A stretch of DNA of 32,000 bases from Candidatus Methylomirabilis oxygeniifera (GCA_000091165.1 FP565575.1:510001-542000), one strand, 5' to 3'. Numbered from the stretch's first letter, positions 9,406-18,779 are shown. The notes: generated by a model not told the origin, from the sequence alone. Numbers and translations: made by a program.

Positions 9406-10383
9406 ATGAGCATGGATGTATTGCAGGCAGGTATCGGCGAATTCAGCGTCACAGACCCGGACGATCTGCGGGCCTTCATGCGCACCGAGAAGCGGCGGGC
9501 GATGGTGGACAAGGTCATGCCTGAAGCTGAGGCGGTTCGCCGCTATGTGAAGGACGGCGATTATGTGAGCTTCGACTTCTCCTCCTTTACTAGAGGCCCG
9601 GCCTCGCTTGTCCGGGAGATCATCCGCCAACGGAGGCGTGACCTCTGGTTTGCGGCGAAGTTTACGCTCATGGAAACGACGCTGCTGGCGGTCGGAGGCT
9701 GTTTGCGTGGGGTCGACGTGGGATTTCTGGGCCTTGGCCAGCTTATCGGCAAGTGGGTGCAGGAGGGGCGGATCAAGGTGACAGAGTGGACCAACGGGAC
9801 CTTGACGCTTCGCCACCTGGCCGGGGCGATGGGGGTGCCGTTTCTGCCGACCAGGAACCTGCTGGCGACAGATACCCTGACCTACTCCGGCGCCAAGGTG
9901 GTGCAGGATCCGTTCACCGGCAAGCCGATCGCGCTGGTCCCTGCCGTCAACCCCGATGTCGGACTGGTCCATGTCCATCAGTGCGATATCTACGGCAACG
10001 CTCGCTGCTTTGGCCCTGGTGTCTCGCCGCTGGAGACGGCCATGGCCTCCAAGCGGACGATTCTCTCGACCGAAGAGATCATCACGACCGACGACATCCG
10101 CAAGGAGCCGTCGAAGACCACCATCCCGTACTACATGGTGGATGCCGTCGTCTATGCCCCATTCGGCTGCCTGCCTGGGGGGACACAAGGGATCTACGAG
10201 ATGGATATCCCGCACTTCCTGGAGTTCATGGGCGCCTCACGCGACGAGCAGAAGATGGCCGCCTATCTCGACAAGTATGTCTATAGCGTCGCCACCCACG
10301 AGGAGTTTTTAGACAAGCGCGTGGGGATGGCGAGGCTCCTGGACCTGAAGCGGCAGGCGACGATCAAGGAGGGGTACCATTGA
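9406..10383 (+). CDS. CoA-transferase family I, subunit A (glutaconate-CoA-transferase GctA-like)
   Basis: 325-aa ORF with full-length family resemblance (…VSFDFSSFTRGP…EWTNGTLTLRHLAGAMGVPFLPTRNLLATD…GLVHVHQCDIYGNARC…). The start may be the second ATG, at 9412. Confidence 0.85.
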   Translation: MSMDVLQAGIGEFSVTDPDDLRAFMRTEKRRAMVDKVMPEAEAVRRYVKDGDYVSFDFSSFTRGPASLVREIIRQRRRDLWFAAKFTLMETTLLAVGGCLRGVDVGFLGLGQLIGKWVQEGRIKVTEWTNGTLTLRHLAGAMGVPFLPTRNLLATDTLTYSGAKVVQDPFTGKPIALVPAVNPDVGLVHVHQCDIYGNARCFGPGVSPLETAMASKRTILSTEEIITTDDIRKEPSKTTIPYYMVDAVVYAPFGCLPGGTQGIYEMDIPHFLEFMGASRDEQKMAAYLDKYVYSVATHEEFLDKRVGMARLLDLKRQATIKEGYH

Positions 10384-11174
10384 ACGGCGTGGAGTTCAGC
10401 GACGCAGAGTTCATGATCTGCCAGTGCGCCCGGCTGATTCAAGACGGCTCACTTGTCTTCATCGGGTATGGGATGCCGCAGATCGCCGCGATCCTGGCCC
10501 AGCGGCTGCACGCCCCTCGTATGGTCCAGGTCTATGAATTCGGCGCGGTCGGGGCGCTCCCCGAGACGCCGTTCGTCCGCTTTACCATGGGCGGGCCGCG
10601 CAACTGCTACCGGTCGCTCGCCTGGACGAGCATGAACACTATCTTCGCGCAGGTCCAGCTTGGGATGGTCGATATGGGCGTCCTCGGCGCTACCCAGATC
10701 GACCGGTTCGGCAACCTGAACTCGACCATGCTTGGAGCCGATTACCACCGCCCGGAGAAACGGTTTCCCGGAAGCGGAGGGGCCAACGAGGTGCTGAGCC
10801 AGTGTTGGCAGACGGTGATCATTGTCAAACACGAACGGCGCCGCTTCGTGGAGAAGGTCGATTTCGTGACCTCACCAGGGTTTCTTGACGGCACCCCCGG
10901 GGCGCGCGAGCGGGCGGGTTTGCCGAAGGATACCGGGCCTTGGCGGGTAGCCACCTCCAAGGCCCTGTACGGATTTGACGAACAGACCAAGCAGATGATC
11001 CTGCTGGGGGTCCTGCGTGGCCTGAGCGTGGATGACGCCCTTCAGGAGATGGACTTTACCCCCCTCATCGCTCCGCAGCTTAGGGAGCTTGCACCTCCGA
11101 CCGCTGAGGAGCTTCGTATCCTTCGGGAGGAGATCGATCCCGGTCGCGCGATCATCGGCTCTGCCGGGGAGTAA
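10380..11174 (+). CDS. CoA-transferase family I, subunit B (GctB-like)
   Basis: 264-aa ORF overlapping the subunit A stop by 4 nt (…VFIGYGMPQIAAILAQRLH…GATQIDRFGNLNST…GSGGANEV…). The exact start is uncertain: TTG 10380, GTG 10389, or the internal ATG of MICQCARL (about 10410). Confidence 0.8.
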   Translation: MNGVEFSDAEFMICQCARLIQDGSLVFIGYGMPQIAAILAQRLHAPRMVQVYEFGAVGALPETPFVRFTMGGPRNCYRSLAWTSMNTIFAQVQLGMVDMGVLGATQIDRFGNLNSTMLGADYHRPEKRFPGSGGANEVLSQCWQTVIIVKHERRRFVEKVDFVTSPGFLDGTPGARERAGLPKDTGPWRVATSKALYGFDEQTKQMILLGVLRGLSVDDALQEMDFTPLIAPQLRELAPPTAEELRILREEIDPGRAIIGSAGE

Positions 11175-11240
11175 GGATGGGACAATTACCCCAAAATCTG
11201 AAAGCTTCTTACATGCGAGATAGGCTGACCAGTCTACTCA

Positions 11241-12191
11241 ATGGTTCGGCCGCAAGGTGAAATGACCATGACCGGTACTACGAATCCGAATCCGTCACCC
11301 CGTCGTATGCACGACCGGCGCTACTTCTACAAGTACGTCACCACCGATGTCGCGAAGATCGTAATGGCGACTCGCAAGCTGCGTTGGAGTTCCCCGTTGA
11401 AGTTCAATGATCCTTTCGACGTTACCCAACAGCTCCGTTTGCCCTTCAGTGCCGACGATCTCAACCTCGCCCTCGCTCAGCAACTGGCCGCGCTCTTTGA
11501 GACAGGCGATCCGACCCTGGTCCGGCAGCCTCTCGCCCGTACTCTGCTGCAGTTTGCTGGCGCGATGACTCCGCAGTCGCGAGCTCAGGTTGCCGCCAAG
11601 CTTCGGTCCGATCCCCGTGTCGCCACCCCAGGGAGGATCGACTCATTCAATGAGCTTCGGATCGTATGGCACGAAGTGGTTCCGCGTCTGCGAGCGCTGT
11701 GCCTCTCAGAAAGCTACGAGATTGTGCCTATGTGGGCGCACTACGCGGAGAATGGCACGGGTGCGGTGCTGGAGTTCGAAGCCATTGACCATCTAGATAG
11801 TGTCTTTCTTATGGCTCGCAAAGTAGTCTACCAAGACACGCCGCCAGCAATAGCAACGCCGCCGGCTTAGGCGCAATGCATGCTGGGCACGTCCAAGACG
11901 TCTTACATGGACCTGTTTTCCGAGCTGATGTACGTGAAGACTACTCCATGGTCCTACGAGAGGGAGTGGCGGCTCGTGACCGTGGCGCGGCTTGATGACG
12001 CAGATCTGCATGGCGATTGGGGCTTCCACCCTCAGGAACTCGCTGGAGTCTACCTGGGGCCGAGGTGCTCGGGTCAACATCGGGAAGACATCATGGCGCT
12101 CCGCGCCATGGGACTCGATCACATTCGTGTTTGGCAGGCTGCCGCGAATCCCGAACAGGGAACGCTGGAGTTTCAGCCGCTTGAGCTGTGA
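11241..12191 (+). pseudogene. DUF2971-family protein interrupted by one in-frame TAG (11868-11870)
   Basis: The N-terminal ORF carries the family signature YFYKY…LRWSSPLKFNDPFD. ORF 11880..12191 is in the same frame (both starts are 0 mod 3) and carries the C-terminal signature TTPWSYEREWRLV. Only the TAG plus three sense codons lie between the two listed ORFs. Confidence 0.7.
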
Positions 12192-12319
12192 ACGATACGC
12201 AGGCGGCCGAACAAGCGCTTGCACTCGACGGCGGGCGCAAGGCGAGCTCAGCCGGTCCGACGTTTTCAATCTAGCGCCCGCCGCGGGTGAAGCGCAGCGT
12301 CTGGCATCAGGAGAATTAC

Positions 12320-12898
12320 ATGAGTCTCTTTTCACTCTTTCACAGGAAGCCTTCGCCGAGCAAGATTGCCGAGGACCTCGGCCCACTGTTCGTCCAAGTG
12401 GCCGTACACGAGTGTGGAAGTTTTCAGCAGATCTGGAAACGCCAGCTCGACGATGAAACTCAAGTCATGCTCTTCGCGGAGTTCGCCATCATCCTCGTCG
12501 CCGTGGCGGATAGACTCGTCTTTGACAAGTTTGGTGATCCCACCCGCTCCAAAGTGATTAATCGTGTAGTCGAAACGGTCCGCGATTGCTTTGTCAATCA
12601 GAGTCATTTCGGCGACACCCGACAGGAGCGTATCGTCTACTTCGAGCGTTTTTTTGCTGACCGTTTTCAAAGCTTTGCAACTTGTTCCAGCATCATGGGT
12701 GAAGGACAAGACTCCCTCATTTCCACTGGGACTCGATACCTCGCGGAGACATTCCTTGAGGATATCCCTGAATCCCAGCTCCCTGAGGCCGTTCTTGAAA
12801 CCGATAAAACTCTCAGCAAATCGGTCGTCGCTTTGTTAGCCACCCCAATCTTCAAAGCCCTGTGCGAAAATAATAGGGACAGCGACTATTTAAAATGA
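12320..12898 (+). CDS. Hypothetical protein (192 aa), no recognisable domain
   Basis: AGGAG 6 nt upstream of the ATG at 12320 (the listed GTG at 12287 is less likely). The frame has a coding-like composition. GC looks lower by eye than in core genes. It lies directly downstream of the DUF2971 gene. Confidence 0.55.
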   Translation: MSLFSLFHRKPSPSKIAEDLGPLFVQVAVHECGSFQQIWKRQLDDETQVMLFAEFAIILVAVADRLVFDKFGDPTRSKVINRVVETVRDCFVNQSHFGDTRQERIVYFERFFADRFQSFATCSSIMGEGQDSLISTGTRYLAETFLEDIPESQLPEAVLETDKTLSKSVVALLATPIFKALCENNRDSDYLK

Positions 12899-12903
12899 GA
12901 AAA

Positions 12904-12965
12904 CCGTAAGAACGCCGACCGTAAAAATCAGCTGCCGTTCTTTTTACGGTTGGCTGATTTTTACG
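12904..12965. repeat. Two interleaved inverted repeats downstream of the 192-aa ORF (candidate terminator or alternative hairpins)
   Basis: CGTAAAAATCAGC (12920-12932) is the perfect reverse complement of GCTGATTTTTACG (12953-12965). CCGTAAGAACG (12904-12914) pairs imperfectly with CGTTCTTTTTACGG (12936-12949). The arm order is A5'-B5'-A3'-B3'. Confidence 0.4.
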
Positions 12966-13292
12966 TTAGGCGGCAAGAGACCGCTGGGTATGTGATTCTG
13001 ATCGTCGCCCCGTCAGGGAAGCAAGCTAGAGGATCAGATTGTGCTCGGTGCCTGCTCGAAGCGAGCCTCTGGTGCCCCCTAGGGATCGCACATGAAGTGC
13101 CAGAGTATAGATTGGTGGTGTCCAGGGGAACCGCCTCTGCCACCGAGTAGGGTGCAGATTACACCCCCGTAATCGTGAGTCTCTTGCATGGGTCTCGCCC
13201 CGCCCCGCCCGTGCTCGGTTCACTACCCTTCATCGAGGCATCTTAGACCGGCTCCTGCTCCAAGGCGCCCTGTCTTAGGAGGCAGATTAGAC

Positions 13293-13321
13293 TTGCGGTG
13301 TGCAACACTGTATCTTATGTT
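13293..13321 (+). promoter_or_regulatory. Candidate promoter with an operator-like palindrome for the RelE-type module
   Basis: TTGCGG, a 17-nt spacer, then TATGTT. The spacer contains the palindrome GTGT-GCA-ACAC. Confidence 0.3.
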
Positions 13322-13393
13322 AGCCGATGTTGGGTATCGATGAACCGAGTGACGAGTCACATCACCAGCTCTTGTGCGGGAGGGAGGAGCACC

Positions 13394-13585
13394 ATGACTG
13401 GTATTCAGTTTCTGACCGATGAGAAAGGCCGAAAGGTGGCCGTACAGATCGACCTTCGCAAACATAGGGCGCTGTGGGAGGATTTCTACGACGGCCTTGT
13501 CTCTGAACAACGGCGCAAGGAGAAAGGCGTTCCCTTCGAAACCGTCAAGGCGGATTTGATCAAGCGCGGTCGCCTGCGTGGCTAG
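13394..13585 (+). CDS. Putative antitoxin partnered with the RelE/ParE toxin (family not assigned)
   Basis: 63 aa from the ATG at 13394, preceded by GGGAGGGAGGAG. The stop overlaps the toxin GTG by 8 nt. The sequence MTGIQFLTDEKGRKVAVQIDLRKHRALWEDFYDGL… resembles small antitoxins found upstream of RelE-like genes. Confidence 0.65.
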   Translation: MTGIQFLTDEKGRKVAVQIDLRKHRALWEDFYDGLVSEQRRKEKGVPFETVKADLIKRGRLRG

Positions 13586-13838
13586 ATACGCTCTGGATAT
13601 CAAGCCGTCCGCACGGAAGGAGTTGGAGCGCTTGAGCGATAAGCTCCTTGCACACCTGGTATCGAGGATTGATGGTCTGGTCGTTAATCCAAGACCGTTC
13701 GGCTACAAGAAACTGCGCGGTTACAAGGATCTCTGGCGTATCCGCGTCGGCGATTACCGTGTCGTGTACATTATCGATGATGACCATAAGACGGTGAGCG
13801 TCACCCGGGTTGCCCACCGCGGAGATGTCTATGAATAG
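13578..13838 (+). CDS. relE: RelE/StbE-family type II toxin
   Basis: 86 aa: …LRGYKDLWRIRVGDYRVVYIIDDDHKTVSVTRVAHRGDVY, the canonical RelE/ParE-superfamily C-terminus. Confidence 0.85.
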   Translation: MARYALDIKPSARKELERLSDKLLAHLVSRIDGLVVNPRPFGYKKLRGYKDLWRIRVGDYRVVYIIDDDHKTVSVTRVAHRGDVYE

Positions 13839-14094
13839 TGAGACGACACTTGTTCCGCATCAGCTCGCCCGGTTTTCACCACGACTTCGAAGGTTACCGG
13901 GTGCGCATTGTGAAACTGTTATGAAGGTATTGTTGATAACTATTGGTTTTCCTGGGTGTGAATAGAGTTAGAGAATAGTCGGTAGGTCGATGATTGGCAG
14001 CATGTGCACTACATGGAGCCGGATAGGTTCCCCCTTGGCCAGGATTCCGTTGAACTTGGTGCGCCTGACCAATCTGTGTGCGTGAAGATTCGAA

Positions 14095-14478
14095 TCAACG
14101 GATCAACTCGACAGCCACCCCGGCGTCGATGTTCACCCATGCCTGATCCGCTGTGACCGCAGTGGCGTCGAGACGGCGGGCCAGGATCAGGCAGGCCCGA
14201 TCGCCTAGCGACAGCCCTGAGGGCTTGGTCGTAGGCGCGAGCAGCCCCACCTCGATGGCTTGTCCGATGTCGAATGGCACCGATTCCAGAGGTAGGAAGG
14301 CTAGAGTCTCTCGAATGGCGGTCTCCGGCATCCCTGCAAGAGCCAAGCGCGTGACGATCTCGGCCAGGTTCACCGTCGAGATTACAGCGTCCGACAGGAA
14401 AGGTGCGACCCGTTCCGCCCCCTCCTCTTGATTCAGCAGGGCGAGGAGCGCAGAGGCATCAAGGACGGCTTTACTCAC
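14095..14478 (-). CDS. vapC: PIN-domain toxin VapC
   Basis: GTG at 14478 overlaps the vapB stop. The PIN acidic residues are in context (VLDASALL…, NLAEIV…, SLGDRACL…, VTADQAW). Confidence 0.88.
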   Translation of the reverse strand: MSKAVLDASALLALLNQEEGAERVAPFLSDAVISTVNLAEIVTRLALAGMPETAIRETLAFLPLESVPFDIGQAIEVGLLAPTTKPSGLSLGDRACLILARRLDATAVTADQAWVNIDAGVAVELIR

Positions 14479-14746
14479 GCTTTGCCTCTCTCCGGCGCTC
14501 CTTGAGCAGCGACTCGACAAGGGCGGCGTCGGCTGGGATATGCTGGCGAACGCGATGTTGTGCCTCAACGATAGCCTGCCGGAGTGGGATTAGCCGCAAC
14601 GTGTCTTGCTCGACCTGAAGGACCACAGGGTCGCCCGGGTTAAGCGCGAGTGCTTTACGGAGCGCGGCCGGAATCACGACTCGCGCCCCCCTGCCAATCC
14701 GGGTCACTACTCCTTCGGGTCGCGTATCTTTCAGTTTGACCGTCAT
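14471..14746 (-). CDS. vapB: AbrB/SpoVT-type antitoxin VapB
   Basis: 91 aa. The sequence GVVTRIGRGARVVIPAALRKALALNPGDPVVLQVEQDTLRLIP is a SpoVT/AbrB swapped-hairpin motif. It lies directly upstream of vapC and overlaps it. Confidence 0.85.
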   Translation of the reverse strand: MTVKLKDTRPEGVVTRIGRGARVVIPAALRKALALNPGDPVVLQVEQDTLRLIPLRQAIVEAQHRVRQHIPADAALVESLLKERRREAKRE

Positions 14747-14752
14747 GGCTAT

Positions 14753-14780
14753 ATGCTACCATGCTGGATAATCGTGTCAA
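14753..14780 (-). promoter_or_regulatory. Candidate promoter giving a leaderless or near-leaderless vapB mRNA
   Basis: On the minus strand: TTGACA (plus coordinates 14780-14775), 16 nt, then TAGCAT (14758-14753). The -10 element ends 6 nt before the vapB ATG (14746). There is no Shine-Dalgarno in between. Confidence 0.3.
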
Positions 14781-14922
14781 GTTTTATCAATATACCAATA
14801 ATATAAACAAGCCACGGTCTGATAATACACCAGATCATGGACTAGGCGAGTTAGAATAGTCTGGACGGGGGTCGTGAGGAGATCGACCCAGATCGAGCGA
14901 TCATCGGGAGAATGGCCGGGGA

Positions 14923-15588
14923 TTAATCCCCACGCATGTCGTCGGCGGTCCGTGTCAGTGTGTGGCCTCCACGAAGCCATGTCGGAACGCCCAACCAGAC
15001 CTTACGTCGCGCCCAGTCCCAGAGGCGAATGCCCAGCAGGGCGGCCAGGATGGCGGCGTAGAGATACGGGTCGTTCACGCCCTTCTTGACCAGCCACAGG
15101 TAATGCAGCACGGCGAGCAGACCGATCAGGTAGACCAGCCTGTGCAGTCGCCGCCAGTTCTTGCCCCCCAGACGCTTTACCATTCCTGATGTGGAAGTGG
15201 CGGCCAGCGGCATCAGCAGCGTCAAGGCGAGCATACCAACGGTGATGTAGGGCCGTTTGACGATATCTGGCGCGAGTTCCCCCCATTCGAAGAAGTGGTC
15301 GACCGCGATCCAGACGGTGAAGTGAAGGCCGGCATAGAAGAACGCGAACAACCCCAGCAGACGCCGCAGGCTCATCTGCCATGAGATCCCGAATAGGAGC
15401 CGAAGGGGTGTCAATGCGAGGCTGGCGAGCAGCAGCCTAAGTGTCGTATCGCCGAGCAGGTTGGTGGTGTACGAGATCGGATTGGCGCCGAGCGAATCGG
15501 TGAGGAATCGATACAGAAGCAGCAGAAGGGGCGACAACGCGACGCCCCACACTGCGCTCTTCAGGAAGATGCGAGCTCGCCTGGACAT
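14923..15588 (-). CDS. msrQ: Protein-methionine-sulfoxide reductase haem-binding membrane subunit MsrQ (YedZ)
   Basis: Start trimmed to the ATG at 15588 (MSRRARIFLKS…), 4 nt after the msrP stop. Multi-TM ferric-reductase-like protein with conserved His residues (…YAGLHFTVW…, …AVLHYLWL…). Confidence 0.88.
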   Translation of the reverse strand: MSRRARIFLKSAVWGVALSPLLLLLYRFLTDSLGANPISYTTNLLGDTTLRLLLASLALTPLRLLFGISWQMSLRRLLGLFAFFYAGLHFTVWIAVDHFFEWGELAPDIVKRPYITVGMLALTLLMPLAATSTSGMVKRLGGKNWRRLHRLVYLIGLLAVLHYLWLVKKGVNDPYLYAAILAALLGIRLWDWARRKVWLGVPTWLRGGHTLTRTADDMRGD

Positions 15589-15592
15589 GGCA

Positions 15593-16561
15593 TCAGAAGT
15601 TCCGTTGGAGGTCCATTCCCGTGTACAGCGCCGCGACCTGGTCTGCATAGCCGTTGAACATCAGCGTCTTTCGCCGTCGAAACTCCCCGATACGTCGCTC
15701 GGTTGCCTGACTCCAACGCGGATGATCAACGGTAGGATTGACGTTTGAGTAGAACCCATATTCCCTTGGGGCCGCCTTTTCCCACGCCGTCTTCGGCTGC
15801 TCACTCACAAAGCGGATCCGCACGATCGATTTTGCGCTCTTGAAGCCATACTTCCATGGTACGACGATGCGAACGGGGGCGCCGTCCTGGTTCGGCAACA
15901 CCTGCCCGTACAGCCCGAAGGTGAGCAGCGTGAGCGGGTTGAGCGCCTCATCCAGCCGCAACCCCTCCATGTATGGCCAGTCGAGTGAGGAGACACTCAA
16001 GAAGCTTTTACGCTGTCCGGGGAACTGCGCTGGATCGTGGAGCGTGGTGAACTCGACGAACCTGGCCTTGCTCGTCGGTTCTACCCGCTTGATGAGGGAT
16101 GCGAGCGGATAACCGATCCAGGGGATCACCATCGACCACCCCTCGACACAGCGCAGGCGATAGATCCGTTCTTCCAGTGGAAACAGTCGCGCCAACTCAT
16201 CGACATCGTACCGCCTGGGGCGCGCCACGTGACCATCGACTTGGACTGTCCAGGGGCGAGGCTTCAGCAGATGTGCAAGCCGCGCCGGATCGTCCTTATT
16301 CGGGCCGAATTCCCAGAAATTATTGTATGTGGTGATATTCTCAAAGGAGGTCTGGCGATCCTCCGGGGTGAACCGCTCGTTGCGGGCAGCAGGGAGAGGT
16401 GCGCCGGCGGGCGGAGCAGCCACAGCCGATCCGGTCGGGGACAGCGCCAGGGCCGCCATTCCGATCAGGAACGACCGCCGATTGAGGTAGAGCTGATAGT
16501 CCGTAATCTCTGACGGTGCAATGTCCGGGGCAAGCCTGATCAACATACGATTCTCCTGCAA
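15593..16561 (-). CDS. msrP: Molybdopterin-dependent protein-methionine-sulfoxide reductase catalytic subunit MsrP (YedY)
   Basis: 322 aa. Tat signal [14 protein letters not shown]. Sulfite-oxidase-family core (…[20 protein letters not shown]…, …[23 protein letters not shown]…). Confidence 0.92.
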   Translation of the reverse strand: MQENRMLIRLAPDIAPSEITDYQLYLNRRSFLIGMAALALSPTGSAVAAPPAGAPLPAARNERFTPEDRQTSFENITTYNNFWEFGPNKDDPARLAHLLKPRPWTVQVDGHVARPRRYDVDELARLFPLEERIYRLRCVEGWSMVIPWIGYPLASLIKRVEPTSKARFVEFTTLHDPAQFPGQRKSFLSVSSLDWPYMEGLRLDEALNPLTLLTFGLYGQVLPNQDGAPVRIVVPWKYGFKSAKSIVRIRFVSEQPKTAWEKAAPREYGFYSNVNPTVDHPRWSQATERRIGEFRRRKTLMFNGYADQVAALYTGMDLQRNF

Positions 16562-16579
16562 TCCTAAAATCTCCCCCTA

Positions 16580-16628
16580 CCCCTCTTTGTCAAAGAGGGG
16601 ATTTATTCCTCCCTTTGGAAAAGGGAGG
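16580..16628. repeat. Tandem GC-rich REP-like hairpins (probable terminator of the NUDIX gene)
   Basis: CCCCTCTTTG-T-CAAAGAGGGG (16580-16600) and CCTCCCTTT-GGA-AAAGGGAGG (16608-16628) both have perfect stems. They lie between the NUDIX stop (16723) and the msrP start (16561). Confidence 0.5.
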
Positions 16629-16722
16629 TTAGGAGGGATTCTGCTACTTGTGGCCTCTGTGGGTACCGTCTATGTCTCCTGATTTCTTAGATGCTACAGA
16701 GCCTCATATGGTTCAGTCGACA

Positions 16723-17283
16723 CTACAGACCTCGCAGGCGGGCGGCGTGGAGGATGGCGATGATCGTCATTCCGTCCACGATGTCACCCCGTAAGACCAT
16801 CTGGAGGGCATCGGAGAATGGGAACGCGCGGACCTCGATGAACTCCGTTTCGTCCGGTGGCCGCTCCAGCCTGGTCAACTCCTCCCCGATGAAGAGGTGG
16901 GCCGTCTCGTCCATTATACTCTTACTCGTGTGATAGGTGCTGATCCGGGTGAGCCTCCCCGCCTGATACCCGCTCTCCTCAGTGAGCTCCCGCTGGGCTG
17001 CCGCCTCGATCGATTCGCCTGCATGGAGTCCGCCTGTCGGCATCTCCCAGGTGACCCGCTTCGAGACGTACCGGTACTGCTTCACGAGCAGGACCGTGCG
17101 GCTGTCGAGAAAGGGGAGGATGCCGACACACTCGCCGCAGGTGACCACGCCGTAGATCGTGGTCCGTCCGTCAGGGAGCTCGACGAGGTCTTCGCGGAGA
17201 GAGAGCCATCTGTTCTGATAGATCGGCCGACTGGAAAGGGTCTTCCACGCCTGTTCTGCTAACGCATGCGCCTTCTTCACCAT
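16723..17283 (-). CDS. NUDIX hydrolase (ADP-ribose pyrophosphatase-like)
   Basis: 186 aa with a Nudix box GGLHAGESIEAAAQRELTEESGY (GX5EX7REUXEEXGU). Confidence 0.88.
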   Translation of the reverse strand: MVKKAHALAEQAWKTLSSRPIYQNRWLSLREDLVELPDGRTTIYGVVTCGECVGILPFLDSRTVLLVKQYRYVSKRVTWEMPTGGLHAGESIEAAAQRELTEESGYQAGRLTRISTYHTSKSIMDETAHLFIGEELTRLERPPDETEFIEVRAFPFSDALQMVLRGDIVDGMTIIAILHAARLRGL

Positions 17284-17380
17284 ATCTGCTCCATGAGAAA
17301 CTGCCTCGTGTGCTCGGCCTGCCCCGGCCAGGGGGCCTTGGCCATAATCGCGACAGCAGCGCTGGAGATCGTGGTCACCC

Positions 17381-18775
17381 TCATCGCTCGACTTCGGGTA
17401 TTACGCCGGGGAGCTGTTCGGGGCGGGATGTTGCCGGTTGAGCGTCTTGCGTTGCCATGCGCACATGACGTGCGGTCCGCCGATGCCACAACGCCTGGAG
17501 CAGCAAGAGGAGATAGAGGGGAAGGAACTCCGCGAATCGGATCGTGAGCGGAAAGTCAAAATGTTCGTTGGTGTATGTGAGATAGGAGAGTGAGATGGCC
17601 GCGCTGAGGTACAACCATCCCCATGAGGGGAAGAGGCAGAGAAACGGAAGAAGCCAGACCAGATACCATGGGTGGAAGCTTGTCGGGAGGAGCAGCATGT
17701 ACGCACCAGCCATGAGGTACCCCTTCCGGTAAGGATCCAACGACCCCGCCTTGAGGATCAGGCGAAGTGCGAAGAGGAGGAGACAGGTTGCCAGGATGAA
17801 CATCGAGAGAATGCGAGGGGAAGCTGCGAAGGGAGTCAGGGCCAAGCTGAGGAAGTACCGGAGCCCCACGTTGAAATCTTCAGGAGGTTGAATGTAGCCG
17901 GGAAGAAACCCTATCACCTTGATTCCCGCACCTGCAACATAGGGAACATAGCCCAGCAGGACTATGAGACCGAAGGTAAGCGGGAACCGAATATCCCGAC
18001 GCTGATACAGGGCGGGGAAGAGGACCGCCGGATACAGCTTTATCAAGGTGGCGACACCCAATGCTCCTCCTGCGAGGACAGCTCGTCCCTTCGTTCTGGC
18101 GGCAAGTGCCAGAAGGACAAACGGCAGCATCAGGGCTTCGAGGTGACCGCTTCCGGCCAGCTCGAACAACACGAGGGGGGACCAGGCGTAAAGAAGCACG
18201 CGATCGGGATCTATTTTGGTCTTCTTCAGGAGTCGCATAATCAGGACGATGGTGGCGAGATCGAAGCAGAGCATGATGAACTTCAGGCCGACAATACTGT
18301 CAGGGAAGAGCTGGTACATGCCGGCAAAGAGAATCTGCGCTCCCGGAGGGTAGATGGTTGGCGCCCACGGACGGTTGATTAGGGGAAAGATCCGTTCGTC
18401 TCTCAGAAATCTCAGGGCGTCGGCTTCTGGGGGAGACGCATACGGGTTGATCCCTGCTGACTGGACCCGACCATCCCAGACATAGCGGTAGACATCGCTG
18501 GAGAGCACCTGAGGCATGAAGAGGAGGATGATCCGGAAGAGAAGGGCGAAGCCCAGGATCACACCAAGCGAAGAGCTCCTCGATCGTTTCCTGAGGATCG
18601 ACACAAGGGCGAGCAGGTAGAGGCCAAACAGCAGCGCGCACAGGAACGGATAGGCCGCGAGAGGATCGGTCTTTGGATCAACCAGCCCAACCCGACTGAG
18701 CAACGGGATGATCCGGAAATTGAGGCCGTATACAATGGCCGAGGCAACCCCTGTACCGGTCAGAATCCAGATCAT
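17381..18775 (-). CDS. Polytopic GT-C-fold membrane glycosyltransferase (DUF2029/GT87-like)
   Basis: 464 aa with more than 10 predicted TM segments. The first periplasmic loop has an acidic/aromatic motif (SSDVYRYVWDGR) as in polyprenyl-phosphate-sugar-dependent GT-C enzymes. The start lies 4 nt after the upstream radical-SAM gene stop. Confidence 0.65.
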   Translation of the reverse strand: MIWILTGTGVASAIVYGLNFRIIPLLSRVGLVDPKTDPLAAYPFLCALLFGLYLLALVSILRKRSRSSSLGVILGFALLFRIILLFMPQVLSSDVYRYVWDGRVQSAGINPYASPPEADALRFLRDERIFPLINRPWAPTIYPPGAQILFAGMYQLFPDSIVGLKFIMLCFDLATIVLIMRLLKKTKIDPDRVLLYAWSPLVLFELAGSGHLEALMLPFVLLALAARTKGRAVLAGGALGVATLIKLYPAVLFPALYQRRDIRFPLTFGLIVLLGYVPYVAGAGIKVIGFLPGYIQPPEDFNVGLRYFLSLALTPFAASPRILSMFILATCLLLFALRLILKAGSLDPYRKGYLMAGAYMLLLPTSFHPWYLVWLLPFLCLFPSWGWLYLSAAISLSYLTYTNEHFDFPLTIRFAEFLPLYLLLLLQALWHRRTARHVRMATQDAQPATSRPEQLPGVIPEVER

Positions 18776-18779
18776 CTCT

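Noticed and set aside
9178-10215. 345-aa minus-strand ORF
   Set aside because: It is fully antisense to the well-supported CoA-transferase subunit A gene. Its Arg/Pro/Gly/His-rich composition is typical of shadow ORFs in high-GC DNA, and it has no recognisable motif.
13150-13190. Short similarity (CCCGTAATCGTGAG) to the leader part of the 145-nt repeat
   Set aside because: Only about 14 nt match and the flanks are unrelated. That is too short to call a fourth copy.
14918-14931. Palindrome GGGGATTAATCCCC over the msrQ stop codon
   Set aside because: It would form only a 5-bp stem with a 4-nt loop and has no T-tract. That is too weak to annotate as a terminator or operator.
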